From a candidate division NPL-UPA2 bacterium Unc8 (GTDB lineage: Bacteria; NPL-UPA2): a DNA stretch of 35,933 bases. Positions 18,616-28,591 of the stretch are shown piece by piece. The notes beneath the pieces were generated by a model. That model had not been told where the DNA came from. It searched no databases and saw only the letters and a program-made list of their open reading frames with translations. The stretch's first letter is position 1; every line of letters starts with the position of its first letter. The translations under genes were made by a program, and so were the position numbers. The stretch lies in contig NDHY01000008.1 in NCBI GenBank assembly GCA_003574845.1, forward strand, positions 1 through 35,933, in the 5' to 3' direction.

Positions 18616-19871
18616 TTTTCTCCTCCAGACCTGTATTTCCTTGCTATCAATGACGCATTATGACCACCAAAGCCAAAAGAATTAGATATGCAGATATCTA
18701 TGTTCATCTGACGAGCCTGGTTAGGAACATAGTCAAGATTACATTCCGGGTCAGGATATTCATAGTTAATAGTTGGATGGACAACTCCCATTTCAATAGA
18801 AAGGACAGAAGCGATAAACTCTATGCCTCCGGAGGCTCCCAGGAGATGACCGGTCATAGATTTTGTTGAGCTAATGGCCAACTTACTGGAATGCTCTCCA
18901 AAGACACTCTTGATAGCAACCGTTTCAAGTTTATCGTTAAGTGGGGTTGAAGTTCCATGAGCATTAATGTAATCAACTTCCTCAGGCGTAAGACAGGCAT
19001 CGTTTAAAGCAGCCTTCATTGCCCTCGCAGCCCCTTCACCATCAGGGGCTGGAGCAGTTATATGATAAGCATCACTGCTCATTCCATAACCAACAACCTC
19101 AGCATAGATGTGTGCCCCACGCGAGTTAGCATGCTCTAAACTTTCTAAAATTAGTATCCCTGCCCCTTCTCCCATAACAAAGCCATCGCGTTCTTTGTCA
19201 AAAGGTCTACTTGCCCGCGCTGGCTCATCATTACGCGTAGAGAGCGCCCTCATTGCACAAAACCCGCCAAGTCCAATCGGTGTAATCGCCGCCTCGGAGC
19301 CACCGGTGATCATTACATCTGCCTCGCCGCGCTGAACAACCCGGTAAGAATCCCCGATAGAATGGGAACCTGAAGCACAGGCAGTAACTACACACGAGTT
19401 TGGTCCTTTCACACCTAATGTGATAGAGATTTGCCCGGATGCCGTGTCCGAGATAAACATCGGGATAAAGAAAGGAGAAATTTTCCTTGGCCCTTTTTCA
19501 AGAAGTAAGGAGTGCTGCACCTCAAACGTCCCCAAACCTCCAATTCCGGAACCAACCATAACCCCAATACGATTGGAATCCTCACTGCCAAGGTCAAGTC
19601 GAGCGTCAAGGACAGCATCAAGAGCAGCAACTACTGCAAACTGGGTAAAACGGTCCATCCGCCGTGACTCTTTTTTCCCCAACCTTTCTACAGGATCAAA
19701 GTTTTTAACCTCAGCGCTGATCTGACAGCTAAACTCGCGCGTATCAAACAGGGTAAGCTTCCCTACTCCACTTTTTCCCGCAATAAGAGATGACCAGAAA
19801 TCCTCCTTATTGTTTCCAAGCGGGGAGACTACTCCAATTCCGGTAACCATTACCCGCCTATTTTCTCTCAT
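18612..19871 (-). CDS. fabF: 3-oxoacyl-ACP synthase II
   Basis: TACASG (catalytic Cys), [19 protein letters not shown] and NSFGFGG motifs. Confidence 0.97.
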   Translation of the reverse strand: MRENRRVMVTGIGVVSPLGNNKEDFWSSLIAGKSGVGKLTLFDTREFSCQISAEVKNFDPVERLGKKESRRMDRFTQFAVVAALDAVLDARLDLGSEDSNRIGVMVGSGIGGLGTFEVQHSLLLEKGPRKISPFFIPMFISDTASGQISITLGVKGPNSCVVTACASGSHSIGDSYRVVQRGEADVMITGGSEAAITPIGLGGFCAMRALSTRNDEPARASRPFDKERDGFVMGEGAGILILESLEHANSRGAHIYAEVVGYGMSSDAYHITAPAPDGEGAARAMKAALNDACLTPEEVDYINAHGTSTPLNDKLETVAIKSVFGEHSSKLAISSTKSMTGHLLGASGGIEFIASVLSIEMGVVHPTINYEYPDPECNLDYVPNQARQMNIDICISNSFGFGGHNASLIARKYRSGGEK

Positions 19872-19894
19872 TTCCCTTCCTCTTCATACTATAT

Positions 19895-20170
19895 TTATAC
19901 CTCTTCTTCCCCTCCCTCTTCTTCCCCTCCCCCTTCTTCCTCTTTTCGTTTTATAACATACTGAATCGCATCGCCTACTGTAATAATTTTTTCTGCGTCA
20001 TCTTGCGAAATTTCCAGGCCAAATTCCTCCTCCAAAGCCATAATCAGTTCCATTGCACCCAGTGAATCAGCGCCAAGGTCATCAGTGAATGATGCTTCAA
20101 GAGTTACCTGTTCAGGATTCACCCCGAGCTGCTCAATAACAATTTCCTTTATTTTTTCTTCTACCCCCAT
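19895..20170 (-). CDS. acpP: Acyl carrier protein
   Basis: DLGADSL phosphopantetheine site and MALEEEFG; sits between fabG and fabF. Confidence 0.95.
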   Translation of the reverse strand: MGVEEKIKEIVIEQLGVNPEQVTLEASFTDDLGADSLGAMELIMALEEEFGLEISQDDAEKIITVGDAIQYVIKRKEEEGGGEEEGGEEEV

Positions 20171-20195
20171 TTTTAATTTTCCTCCTTTTATACTA

Positions 20196-20933
20196 CTACA
20201 TTATCATACCACCATCTACATTGATTACCTGGCCCGTAATGTAGTCTGCGTATTCCGAAGCAAGAAAGAGAGTTGCTTTTGCTACATCATCTACACTGCC
20301 TGCTCTGGCAAGAGGAATTTTCCCCAGCATCTTTTCTTTTAGCGACTCGGATAGCTCCTCGGTCATTGTTGTCTCAATAAATCCAGGAGCAACGGCATTT
20401 ACGTTTATTCCGCGCGCTGCCAATTCCCGGGCAAGGCTTTTGGTGAGCCCAATCAGTCCGGCTTTGGAAGCAGCATAATTTACCTGCCCTTTATTTCCTG
20501 TCAAACCAACTATTGAGGCAATGTTGATAATTTTTCCGCTTCGCTTTTTAATCATTGTTTTCGCTACTTCCCGACAGCAATTGAACGCTCCCTTAAGGTT
20601 AATATCTATTACTTGAGTCCAGTTCTCATCGGACATCCGAATGAGAAAAGAGTCGCGAGTTATTCCAGCATTATTGACCAGAATATCAATTTTTTTAAAT
20701 TCGTCAAGAGTGCGGATAACCATCGCTTCCACTTCTCTGGAGCAAGATACATCAACCAGAAGAGCAAGAGCTTTTTTCCTCATGCTTTGAATCTCGCTGA
20801 CAACAGCGCCGGCACCTATTAGGTCAACATCAGCAATTACAACCGTTGCCCCATCCCGGGCAAAGCTGATGGAGATTGCCTTTCCAATCCCTTGGGCCGC
20901 TCCGGTAACAATAGCAACTTTATCTTTCAGCAA
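20196..20933 (-). CDS. fabG: 3-oxoacyl-ACP reductase
   Basis: [23 protein letters not shown] and VAPGFI motifs; operon context. Confidence 0.95.
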   Translation of the reverse strand: MLKDKVAIVTGAAQGIGKAISISFARDGATVVIADVDLIGAGAVVSEIQSMRKKALALLVDVSCSREVEAMVIRTLDEFKKIDILVNNAGITRDSFLIRMSDENWTQVIDINLKGAFNCCREVAKTMIKKRSGKIINIASIVGLTGNKGQVNYAASKAGLIGLTKSLARELAARGINVNAVAPGFIETTMTEELSESLKEKMLGKIPLARAGSVDDVAKATLFLASEYADYITGQVINVDGGMIM

Positions 20934-20972
20934 GATGACCCTCTACTATCTACTACCCACTCACTTTGAATT

Positions 20973-21173
20973 TCACTTTTTTGTTTTCTTTTTCTTTTCC
21001 TTAATTTCAATTACTTTTTTTTCTCCATAATATCCACAATGTGGGCAAGCACAATGAGAAGGGCGCAATTGCCCGCAGTGAGAGCACTTGGAAAGCGGAG
21101 GCGGGATTAATTTCCAGTGAGTTGCTCTTTTATCCCTTCTTGTCCGTGACCATTTTCTTTTAGGTACACCCAT
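20973..21173 (-). CDS. rpmF: 50S ribosomal protein L32 (zinc-ribbon form)
   Basis: MGVPKRKWSRTRRDKR and CSHC...HCACPHCGYY. Confidence 0.95.
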   Translation of the reverse strand: MGVPKRKWSRTRRDKRATHWKLIPPPLSKCSHCGQLRPSHCACPHCGYYGEKKVIEIKEKKKKTKK

Positions 21174-21188
21174 CTTTTTATTAGCGCA

Positions 21189-21689
21189 TCAGCGCGGCCC
21201 TTTTAATTTTTCCTGAAGTTTTCCTCTAACTATAGGAGGAACAAACCTGTCTATCTTTCCTCCTAACTCAGCAAGTTCCTTAATGATATGTGAGCTCAAG
21301 TAAGAATATCTTTCACTGGTCATCATAAATATAGTCTCCAGATGAGGAGCAATCTGCCTGTTAGTGAGTGCCATTTGAAGCTCCACTTCAAAATCGGAGA
21401 TCGCCCTTAGTCCCTTGATGATAATACTTACTCCTTTCTGCTGGACATAATCAGTAAGAAGGCAATTAAAGCTCTCAATGACAATACCTGAAATATCATT
21501 AGTAGACTCCTGCAGCATCTCTATTCTCTCCTCCACAGAGAAAAGAGGTTTCTTTTGTGGATTATGAGCAACGGCGACGAATACCTTCCTAAAAATTGAA
21601 GATGCCCTTTTAATTATATCAATGTGCCCATAAGTAACGGGATCAAAAGTCCCCGGGTAAACAACCATTACTATTTTCCTTCTTCCCAT
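21189..21689 (-). CDS. coaD: Phosphopantetheine adenylyltransferase
   Basis: YPGTFDPVTYGH, GLRAISDF and YLSS motifs. The start may instead be 21668. Confidence 0.95.
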   Translation of the reverse strand: MGRRKIVMVVYPGTFDPVTYGHIDIIKRASSIFRKVFVAVAHNPQKKPLFSVEERIEMLQESTNDISGIVIESFNCLLTDYVQQKGVSIIIKGLRAISDFEVELQMALTNRQIAPHLETIFMMTSERYSYLSSHIIKELAELGGKIDRFVPPIVRGKLQEKLKGPR

Positions 21690-22228
21690 CTTGCATAAAA
21701 GGAAACAGCAGTATCTCCATAAACTGCTTTTCTCTTCATTTTTAGCTCTCTCACTGCCTCCGGCAAAACATCTTTCCGATAATGTTCAACTACGACCACT
21801 CCTCCATTACTCAGAGTGTTACTACGGCTAATCTCCATCAATGTTTTTGTAGCCAGGTCGCTTCCATATGGAGGATCCATAAATATAATATCAAATTTGT
21901 ACCCCTTACGGGAGAATAGTTTTAGCGCCTTATCTACCCCCAGCTGATAGATTGCTGCTCGATTGCCAAAGCTGAGATTGGCAATGTTTCTTCTAACTGC
22001 CCTTTCAGAAAGGTGATTATTATCAACAAATACTGCCTTTTTTGCTCCACGGCTCAGTGCCTCTATTCCCAGAGCACCTGTTCCAGCAAACAGATCAAGA
22101 ACCTTTGCTGAAAACACCTCTTTGCCAAGAATGTTAAAGAACGATTCCCTTATCTTTCCCGCTGTGGGACGTGCCCCCGGTGGAGAAAACAACTTTCTTC
22201 CTTTCGCCTCTCCAGATATTACTCTCAT
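21671..22228 (-). CDS. rsmD: 16S rRNA m2G966 methyltransferase
   Basis: MRVISG, RPT, LDLFAGTGALGIEALSRGA and DPPY motifs. Confidence 0.95.
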   Translation of the reverse strand: MRVISGEAKGRKLFSPPGARPTAGKIRESFFNILGKEVFSAKVLDLFAGTGALGIEALSRGAKKAVFVDNNHLSERAVRRNIANLSFGNRAAIYQLGVDKALKLFSRKGYKFDIIFMDPPYGSDLATKTLMEISRSNTLSNGGVVVVEHYRKDVLPEAVRELKMKRKAVYGDTAVSFYARWEEGK

Positions 22229-22262
22229 GTTTTCTTCTTGTGTCAGTGTGTCAGAGCGATTA

Positions 22263-22292
22263 CTTATAATTAAAGAATTGTAAACCTGTCAA
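22263..22292 (-). promoter_or_regulatory. Putative sigma70 promoter of the rsmD...fab...etf operon
   Basis: TTGACA (22292-22287), 18 bp spacer, TATAAG (22268-22263); AT-rich sequence upstream. Confidence 0.55.
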
Positions 22293-22329
22293 CAAATAAA
22301 ATTAAAACTCGTACAAAACATTCCTTACT

Positions 22330-24204
22330 TCATTTTGACGCCATCCCCATTTTTTTCAAATAAATCATTAAGATAGAAATTGCTGCCGGGGTCACCCCTG
22401 AGATGCGCGATGCCTGTCCAAGGGTGAGCGGTTTAATACGAGATAATTTCTCCCGCACCTCACAGGAGAGAGCAGTAATTTCAGCGAAAGGGAAAGCTTC
22501 CGGGATTCTTACCTTTTCCGCCCTTTTAAGTTTTTCAATCTCGGCAGTTTGTCTTTTAATGTAGTTCCTATATTTAATCTCAATTTCAACCCGCTTAATC
22601 ACTGAAGAAGAAATGCTCCTTGTATTTATCCCGAGCTCATCTAAAAGTTGACAGGAGACTCCGGGCCGGCATAGCAATTCCGCCGCGGTTACCACATTTT
22701 TAAGCGGGGGATTTCCCGATGCCTTAATTTTCTTGTTCACTACCGCCGTAGGCATAATCTTTGCTTTTTCTAATCTCTTTATCTCCTGCATAACTCTTTT
22801 CTCTTTCATCTCTATTTTTTGATATTCTTTACTGCTAACCAGTCCGAGTTGATAGCCTATCTTTCGCAATCTCAGATCAGCATTATCTTCCCTCAAAATA
22901 AGCCGATACTCAGCCCGAGAGGTGAACATACGATAAGGTTCATTGGTTCCTTTAGTAACTAAATCATCAATCAGGACGCCGATATAAGCCTCAGAGCGAC
23001 TTAGAACAAGAGGAGTCCTTTCTTCTATAAAAAGAGAGCTGTTTACGCCGGCAATAAATCCTTGAACAGCAGCTTCTTCATAGCCTGTGGTGCCATTTAT
23101 CTGCCCGGCAAAAAACAAGCCTCCTATCACCTTTGTCTCCAGGCTTGGCTTTAGGTCCAGCGGGTCAGAATAATCATGTTCAATTGCATATCCCGGGCGA
23201 GTAATCTCTGCACGCTCTAATCCTTTAATGGTGCGTAACATCTTCAATTGAATTGCAAATGGCAGACTGGTAGAGAGACCATTGGGATAAAACTCTCTTG
23301 TGCCTTTCCCCTCTGGCTCAAGAAATATCTGATGTCGTTCTCTATCCGAAAACCTAACCACCTTATCCTCAATTGATGGGCAATATCTTACCCCGGTAGC
23401 CGTAATTGTCCCTGAGTACAAGGGAGATTTGCCAAGATTGTCCCTGATAATACGATGCGTTCTGGGATTGGTGTAGGTAATATAACAGGGTAGCTGATGA
23501 ATGCTTCGCTTTGTGCGCGGCGAGAAAAAAGGAATAGGGTCTTTATCACCATCCTGAATTGCAAGCTGCGAAAAATCAATTGTCTTTCCATCAATTCGCG
23601 GGCATGTCCCCGTTTTAAATCTTCCCAATCGAAAGCCGAGATTTTTTAGTGATAACGAGAGCTTTACTGCTGACTCTTCCCCCATCCTGCCTGCGGGAAA
23701 GTTTTGCGTGCCAATATGGATGAGTCCTCTCAAAAATGTCCCCGGGGCAACAATCACCGTTTTAGCAAGGAATTTTTCCTTCAGGGCTGTCTTTACGCCA
23801 GTAACCCTGCCATCAGTAAGTAGAAGCTCATCAACCCGCCCCTGCTTCACGCTCAGCCCGCCTTCATTTTCCAGTACTTTCTTCATATACAGGCGATAGG
23901 CAGCTTTGTCCGCCTGCGCCCGCGAGGAGTGAGTCGCTACACCCTTCCCCCTGTTTAAGATGCGAAATTGAATACCTGTTTTATCAATTGCCTTTCCCAT
24001 CTCACCACCAAGAGCGTCCAGTTCCTTTACCAGTTGCCCCTTAGCAAGTCCCCCGATTGCCGGGTTGCAGGACATAGAGCTAATCGTGTCAAGATTCATC
24101 GTGAGCAGAAGCGTTTTTTTGCCGCGCCGCGCCGCCGCCAGGGCAGCTTCACAACCTGCATGCCCTCCCCCAATGACAACGACATCATAAATTTGCTTTA
24201 TCAA
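22330..24204 (-). CDS. mnmG: tRNA uridine 5-carboxymethylaminomethyl modification enzyme (GidA)
   Basis: [42 protein letters not shown] and [12 protein letters not shown] motifs. Confidence 0.97.
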   Translation of the reverse strand: MIKQIYDVVVIGGGHAGCEAALAAARRGKKTLLLTMNLDTISSMSCNPAIGGLAKGQLVKELDALGGEMGKAIDKTGIQFRILNRGKGVATHSSRAQADKAAYRLYMKKVLENEGGLSVKQGRVDELLLTDGRVTGVKTALKEKFLAKTVIVAPGTFLRGLIHIGTQNFPAGRMGEESAVKLSLSLKNLGFRLGRFKTGTCPRIDGKTIDFSQLAIQDGDKDPIPFFSPRTKRSIHQLPCYITYTNPRTHRIIRDNLGKSPLYSGTITATGVRYCPSIEDKVVRFSDRERHQIFLEPEGKGTREFYPNGLSTSLPFAIQLKMLRTIKGLERAEITRPGYAIEHDYSDPLDLKPSLETKVIGGLFFAGQINGTTGYEEAAVQGFIAGVNSSLFIEERTPLVLSRSEAYIGVLIDDLVTKGTNEPYRMFTSRAEYRLILREDNADLRLRKIGYQLGLVSSKEYQKIEMKEKRVMQEIKRLEKAKIMPTAVVNKKIKASGNPPLKNVVTAAELLCRPGVSCQLLDELGINTRSISSSVIKRVEIEIKYRNYIKRQTAEIEKLKRAEKVRIPEAFPFAEITALSCEVREKLSRIKPLTLGQASRISGVTPAAISILMIYLKKMGMASK

Positions 24205-24229
24205 ATACCCCTCAAGTCTAAACCCCTAA

Positions 24230-24337
24230 CAGCCTTCAGCCTTCAGCCTTCAGCCTTCAGAAACAATGTGCTAAATAGCTATCAGCTATCAGCTCTTGTG
24301 CCTTTGTGCCTTTCTCTTTACTCTCTACTCTCTCTCT
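24230..24337. repeat. Repeat mosaic overlapping the queH 3' end: (CAGCCTT)x4, CTATCAG units and TGTGCC octamers
   Basis: Directly visible. The queH stop codon lies inside the CAGCCTT run. Confidence 0.85.
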
Positions 24338-24838
24338 AATGCTACGGGCGCACCCGCAATAGCGCTGATGATAAAGTTTCATCTCTCGTGCCTGTGTAAT
24401 CCCTTCTCGGTAGCCATTACGGAAGTCAGTATAAAGAAAGTCAACCCCCATCTTTCTTCCTGCCTTTTCTCCAATTTCTCTGATAAGTTCATGTTTCTGG
24501 TAAGGACTAATGAGAAGCGTAGTTGTAAATAAATCAAAGCCTCCTTCCCTGGCAACATTGGCAGTCTTATCCAGTCGCAACTGATAACAGTTCAAGCACT
24601 TTTCTTCCTCGGTGCTTCCAAAATGGGATTCCTGCTTTTTATATTCATAGATAACCTTTATTTTCTCTCTTCCGGCATAAGCCTTGAGGCACCTCAACCG
24701 ACGCTGGTATTCCCAATCGGGATAGATGCCAGGATTATACCAAAAACCCTGAACATCATTATCCTTTTCCTTTAGTTTTTTAAGGGGATAAATTGCGCAG
24801 GGAGCGCAGCAAATGTGAATGAGAATTTTCGTCATCAC
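24257..24838 (-). CDS. queH: Epoxyqueuosine reductase QueH
   Basis: HICCAPC, CLNC, FTTTLLISPYQ and QRYCGC motifs. Confidence 0.9.
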   Translation of the reverse strand: MMTKILIHICCAPCAIYPLKKLKEKDNDVQGFWYNPGIYPDWEYQRRLRCLKAYAGREKIKVIYEYKKQESHFGSTEEEKCLNCYQLRLDKTANVAREGGFDLFTTTLLISPYQKHELIREIGEKAGRKMGVDFLYTDFRNGYREGITQAREMKLYHQRYCGCARSIRERVESKEKGTKAQELIADSYLAHCF

Positions 24839-24856
24839 AAAATAGCTATTAACGAA

Positions 24857-24987
24857 GGTCAGGAGTCAGGGTTCAAATACAGTTCACAGTTCACAGTTCA
24901 CGGTTCTGACTTCTGGCTTCTGACTTCTGACTTCTGACATTTATTGGGTCATTGAAAATTAATTGAAAATTAGAAATTGAAAATTAG
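24857..24987. repeat. Inverted copy of the composite element at 7186-7308
   Basis: Same module order on the opposite strand, with a 41-bp exact match. Confidence 0.9.
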
Positions 24988-24993
24988 CTTTAA

Positions 24994-25105
24994 TTTGTGC
25001 CTCTGTTTCTCTGTTTCTCTGTTTCTCTGTTTCTCTGTTTCTCTGTTTCTCTGTTTCTCTGTTTCTCTGTTTCTCTGTGCCTTTGTGCCTTTGTGCCTTT
25101 GTGCC
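24994..25105 (-). repeat. 14 in-register octamers: TTTGTGCC, (TCTGTTTC)x9, TCTGTGCC, (TTTGTGCC)x3
   Basis: Counted directly; starts just after the serA stop codon. Confidence 0.95.
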
Positions 25106-25113
25106 TTTCTTCT

Positions 25114-26697
25114 TTACAGTTTTGCCGTACCTAAACTAAGGATTTCCTTAATCGCCATTATTTTCTTAAGCATTTTCTGAGGCACAGCCAACTCTAAATT
25201 GAAGACGGTTAATTCTTTTCCTTTCTTTTCCTTACGGCCTAATGTCATTGCGACAATATTCATCCCACCATCTCCAAGAATAGTTCCCAGCTTGCCAATA
25301 ACCCCCGGCTTGCTATCATGAAGCACAATGAGTATGTGCCCCCTGGGTACTATGTCAACGTGGTATCCATCCACCCTCACAATTCTCGGACCAGCATAAC
25401 TGAATAGGGTCCCTGAGAGAGAGCCTTTGACTTTCTCAGTTTCTACTTCAAGGGAAATGAGATTGGCAAATTCAAGGAGAGATTCACTTTTTTCCTCGGT
25501 TACCTTTATCTCTCTCTCTTTGGCAATTTTTAAGGCATTGACGTAATTGACCCCATCGCCCAGAGCAGGCTCCAGAAGCCCCTTCAAGATAGCAATTGTT
25601 ATCGGCTCACAATCATAGCCACTAATCTCACCACTATATTTTATTTTGACAACCAAAGTTCTTCCTTCAAGCAACTGCGACTGAAGTAGCCCTAATTTTT
25701 CAGCCAGAGCAAGATATGGCTTTATCTTCTCATACACATCCGGTTCTATGGAAGGAATGTTCACTGCATTGCGCACAATTCTTCCTTTTAAGGCATCAGC
25801 AACCTGTTGAGCAATTTCTATTCCCACCATTTGCTGGGCCTCTTCAGTTGATGCTCCAATATGCGGAGTAGCAACAAGACCTTCCATTGTTAATAACTGA
25901 CTACTCCTCGGTGGTTCATGCTCGTAGACATCCAGCGCTGCGCCAGCTACTTTTCCTGCCTTCATTGCCTCATAAAGCGCCTCTTCATCAACAATTCCTC
26001 CGCGGGCACAGTTTATAATTCGCACCCCATTTTTCATTGCCCTGAACTCCTTCTTACTAAGTAGATGCCATGTTTCATCAGTAAGAGGAGTATGAACCGT
26101 AATAAAATCTGCCTGAGGAAGAAATTCTCCTATATTAAGCAGCTCTACCCCGTATTTCTTTGCTCGTTCTGGAGAGATGAATGGGTCACAGACAATACAC
26201 CTCATTTCCATAGCCATTGCCCTCTTTGCCACCTCACTGCCAATTCGCCCCAGCCCTATTATCCCCAGGGTCTTACTCCTCAACTCTACTCCAAGAAATT
26301 TTGACCGCTCCCACTTCCCTTTCTCTTTAAGGGAAAGATGCCCCTGAGGAATGTTCCGGGAAAGAGCCAACAGCATTCCTATCGTGTGTTCAGCAGTGGA
26401 TATAGTATTCGCACCCGGAGAATTCATCACAATTACGCCATGGTCAGTTGCTGCCTCTATGTCTACGTTGTCTACTCCAGCTCCTGCTCTTCCAATTATC
26501 TTGAGAGCTTTTCCTGCCTCTATCAAATCTCTGGTTACTTTTGTTTTGCTCCTTATAATTAAGGCACTTGCATCTTTTATCCTCTCTTTTAATTCAGCAG
26601 GAGAAAGCTCTGTGGCAAGAAGGACTTCTAACCCGGATTCCTTTTCAAGTATTTTCATTCCCTCTTTGCTAATAGGATCGCTTATTAAGACCTTCAT
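25114..26697 (-). CDS. serA: D-3-phosphoglycerate dehydrogenase (long type with ASB and ACT domains)
   Basis: GRAGAGVDNVD, GLGRIG, NCARGG and TPHIGAST motifs; C-terminal ACT (DSKPGVIG). Confidence 0.95.
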   Translation of the reverse strand: MKVLISDPISKEGMKILEKESGLEVLLATELSPAELKERIKDASALIIRSKTKVTRDLIEAGKALKIIGRAGAGVDNVDIEAATDHGVIVMNSPGANTISTAEHTIGMLLALSRNIPQGHLSLKEKGKWERSKFLGVELRSKTLGIIGLGRIGSEVAKRAMAMEMRCIVCDPFISPERAKKYGVELLNIGEFLPQADFITVHTPLTDETWHLLSKKEFRAMKNGVRIINCARGGIVDEEALYEAMKAGKVAGAALDVYEHEPPRSSQLLTMEGLVATPHIGASTEEAQQMVGIEIAQQVADALKGRIVRNAVNIPSIEPDVYEKIKPYLALAEKLGLLQSQLLEGRTLVVKIKYSGEISGYDCEPITIAILKGLLEPALGDGVNYVNALKIAKEREIKVTEEKSESLLEFANLISLEVETEKVKGSLSGTLFSYAGPRIVRVDGYHVDIVPRGHILIVLHDSKPGVIGKLGTILGDGGMNIVAMTLGRKEKKGKELTVFNLELAVPQKMLKKIMAIKEILSLGTAKL

Positions 26698-27833
26698 TTC
26701 ATCAAAATCTCCTCTGCTGCTCTCACTGCCGCTCCCAACTCTACCTCATAACCAAGTTCAGAGAGTGTCATCGTAAGCGCCGCAAGCACAGAGATGACAT
26801 CAAAAGTATCAGCATAACCAAGGGTAGCAATCCGAAAGATTTTTCCTTTAAGATGGTCTTGTCCTCCGGCAATCGTCATTCCATATTTTTCACTCATTTT
26901 TTTGACGAGTAACACTCCGTCAATTTCAGAAGGAACTTTTACTGCTGTTACTGCATCTGCTGCCGTCCGGGGGGCAAACAGCTCTAACCTCAGCGCTCTC
27001 ACTGCCGCTCTCACCGCCGCTGCCAATCGGGAATGCCTCCTCCAGACGCTTTCAATTCCTTCCTCTCTAATCATCTGTAGAGCTTCATTTAAGCCAATGA
27101 TAAGAGAGATAGCAGGCGTAAAGGGGCTTTCTAAGCTTCCAATACCTTTCCTTGCTTTCAGGAAAGAAAAATAATACTTTGGCAATTGTGACTCTGCTAC
27201 TAACTTCCACCCCTTCTCACTGAGGCTGATGAAAGAAAGTCCAGGTGGAAGCATTAATCCTTTTTGTGAGCACCCAACTGTTACATCTACATGCCAGAGG
27301 TCAGGCTTATACTCCATTGCCCCCAACCCACTGATAGCATCAACAACCAATGCCGCAGAGTGTTTTGCAACAATGTTTCCAATGGACTCTATGTCATTTA
27401 CAACGCCGGTAGAGGTCTCGCACAGAGTAGTAAACACAGCTTTTATGTCAGGATTTTCGGCAAGTTTTGACTCTATTTCCTTTGGCTCAACAGCTTCTCC
27501 CCACACGACATCAACAGGAATTACTTCCACTCCATAGGCAGTGCAGATTTCCGCAAAGCGTTCGCCAAATTTCCCTCCTTTAACGACCAATGCCCGATCG
27601 TTAGGAGAAAGAAGATTACTTACCGCTCCTTCCATTGCTCCTGTCCCTGATGAGGAAAAAATAAGAACATCACTCGCAGTTTGAAAAAGATATTTCAGCC
27701 CTTCATTCACCTTAGCGAATATCTTGCGATACTCTTTAGTGCGATGATGAATTATCGGCTGGCTCATTGTTAGGAGAACTTCCGAGGGCACCGAAGTTGG
27801 TCCTGGCGTCAGCAAATATCTTTTCTGCATCAA
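26694..27833 (-). CDS. Class V PLP aminotransferase (AGT family), probable phosphoserine aminotransferase by context
   Basis: LLTPGPT, SSGTGAME, ETSTGV, VDAIS and SQKG (PLP lysine) motifs; ATGA overlap with serA. Confidence 0.88.
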   Translation of the reverse strand: MMQKRYLLTPGPTSVPSEVLLTMSQPIIHHRTKEYRKIFAKVNEGLKYLFQTASDVLIFSSSGTGAMEGAVSNLLSPNDRALVVKGGKFGERFAEICTAYGVEVIPVDVVWGEAVEPKEIESKLAENPDIKAVFTTLCETSTGVVNDIESIGNIVAKHSAALVVDAISGLGAMEYKPDLWHVDVTVGCSQKGLMLPPGLSFISLSEKGWKLVAESQLPKYYFSFLKARKGIGSLESPFTPAISLIIGLNEALQMIREEGIESVWRRHSRLAAAVRAAVRALRLELFAPRTAADAVTAVKVPSEIDGVLLVKKMSEKYGMTIAGGQDHLKGKIFRIATLGYADTFDVISVLAALTMTLSELGYEVELGAAVRAAEEILMK

Positions 27834-27835
27834 AA

Positions 27836-28465
27836 TTACCTCTTTTTTATCTCTTTACTGATGATTTTATCAATCAGCCCGTATTCTTTTGCCTCTTCAG
27901 CAGACATGTAGAAATCGCGTTCGCAGTCTTCTTTGATTTTTTCTACTGACTGGCCAGTGTGATGAGCAAGAATCTCATTTAATTGGGCCTTCAGCCTTAA
28001 AATTTCCCTTGATTGAATCTCAATATCAGTTGCCTGACCTTCTGCCATCCCCATTGGCTGATGGATAAGGATGCGCGAATTAGCAAGAGACAGCCGTTTC
28101 CCCTTCGTTCCCGCCGCCAAAAGAAAGGTAGCGCCACTGGCAGCCTGGCCAACGCATATCGTTGAAACAGGAGGTTTGATGTACTGCATCGTATCATAGA
28201 TTGCCAACGTAGCAGTCACTGAGCCACCAGGACTATTAATATAAAGCTTAATATCTTTATTAGGGTCCTCGGACTCAAGGTAAAGAAGCTGAGCAATAAG
28301 AATATTAGCTTCCAAATCTGAAATAATGGATGACCCTGCCCGAATAACAGTCATTGAGCCGCCAAGAAAAATAATTCTTTCCTTAAGCAGCCTGTCAAAA
28401 AGGTCATAATGAACTCTTCCTCTCCCATCATCTTCTACTACCCCGGGCAATCTATTCAATTCCAT
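27836..28465 (-). CDS. clpP: ATP-dependent Clp protease proteolytic subunit
   Basis: [10 protein letters not shown] and YINSPGG; catalytic triad in GQAAS (Ser), IHQP (His) and ERDFYM (Asp). Confidence 0.93.
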   Translation of the reverse strand: MELNRLPGVVEDDGRGRVHYDLFDRLLKERIIFLGGSMTVIRAGSSIISDLEANILIAQLLYLESEDPNKDIKLYINSPGGSVTATLAIYDTMQYIKPPVSTICVGQAASGATFLLAAGTKGKRLSLANSRILIHQPMGMAEGQATDIEIQSREILRLKAQLNEILAHHTGQSVEKIKEDCERDFYMSAEEAKEYGLIDKIISKEIKKR

Positions 28466-28490
28466 CTTAATACCTCCTCATAATTATAGA

Positions 28491-28580
28491 GCACCAGTTT
28501 AAGAACTAATTCAAAAGTTAAAAGGCAAAAGTGCAAGTTAAAAGTTAAAAGTTTGTGCCTTTTCCTGAACCCTGAATTCT
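28491..28580. repeat. Repeat mosaic in the tig-clpP spacer
   Basis: GCACCAG, AAAAGTT heptamers, one TTTGTGCC and CCTGAA units. Confidence 0.7.
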
Positions 28581-28591
28581 GCTCCCTTTTA

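Noticed and set aside
24977-25180. 67-aa plus-strand ORF with LCFSVSLF repeats
   Set aside because: It is a translation of the octamer array, antisense to the operon, with no ribosome-binding site.
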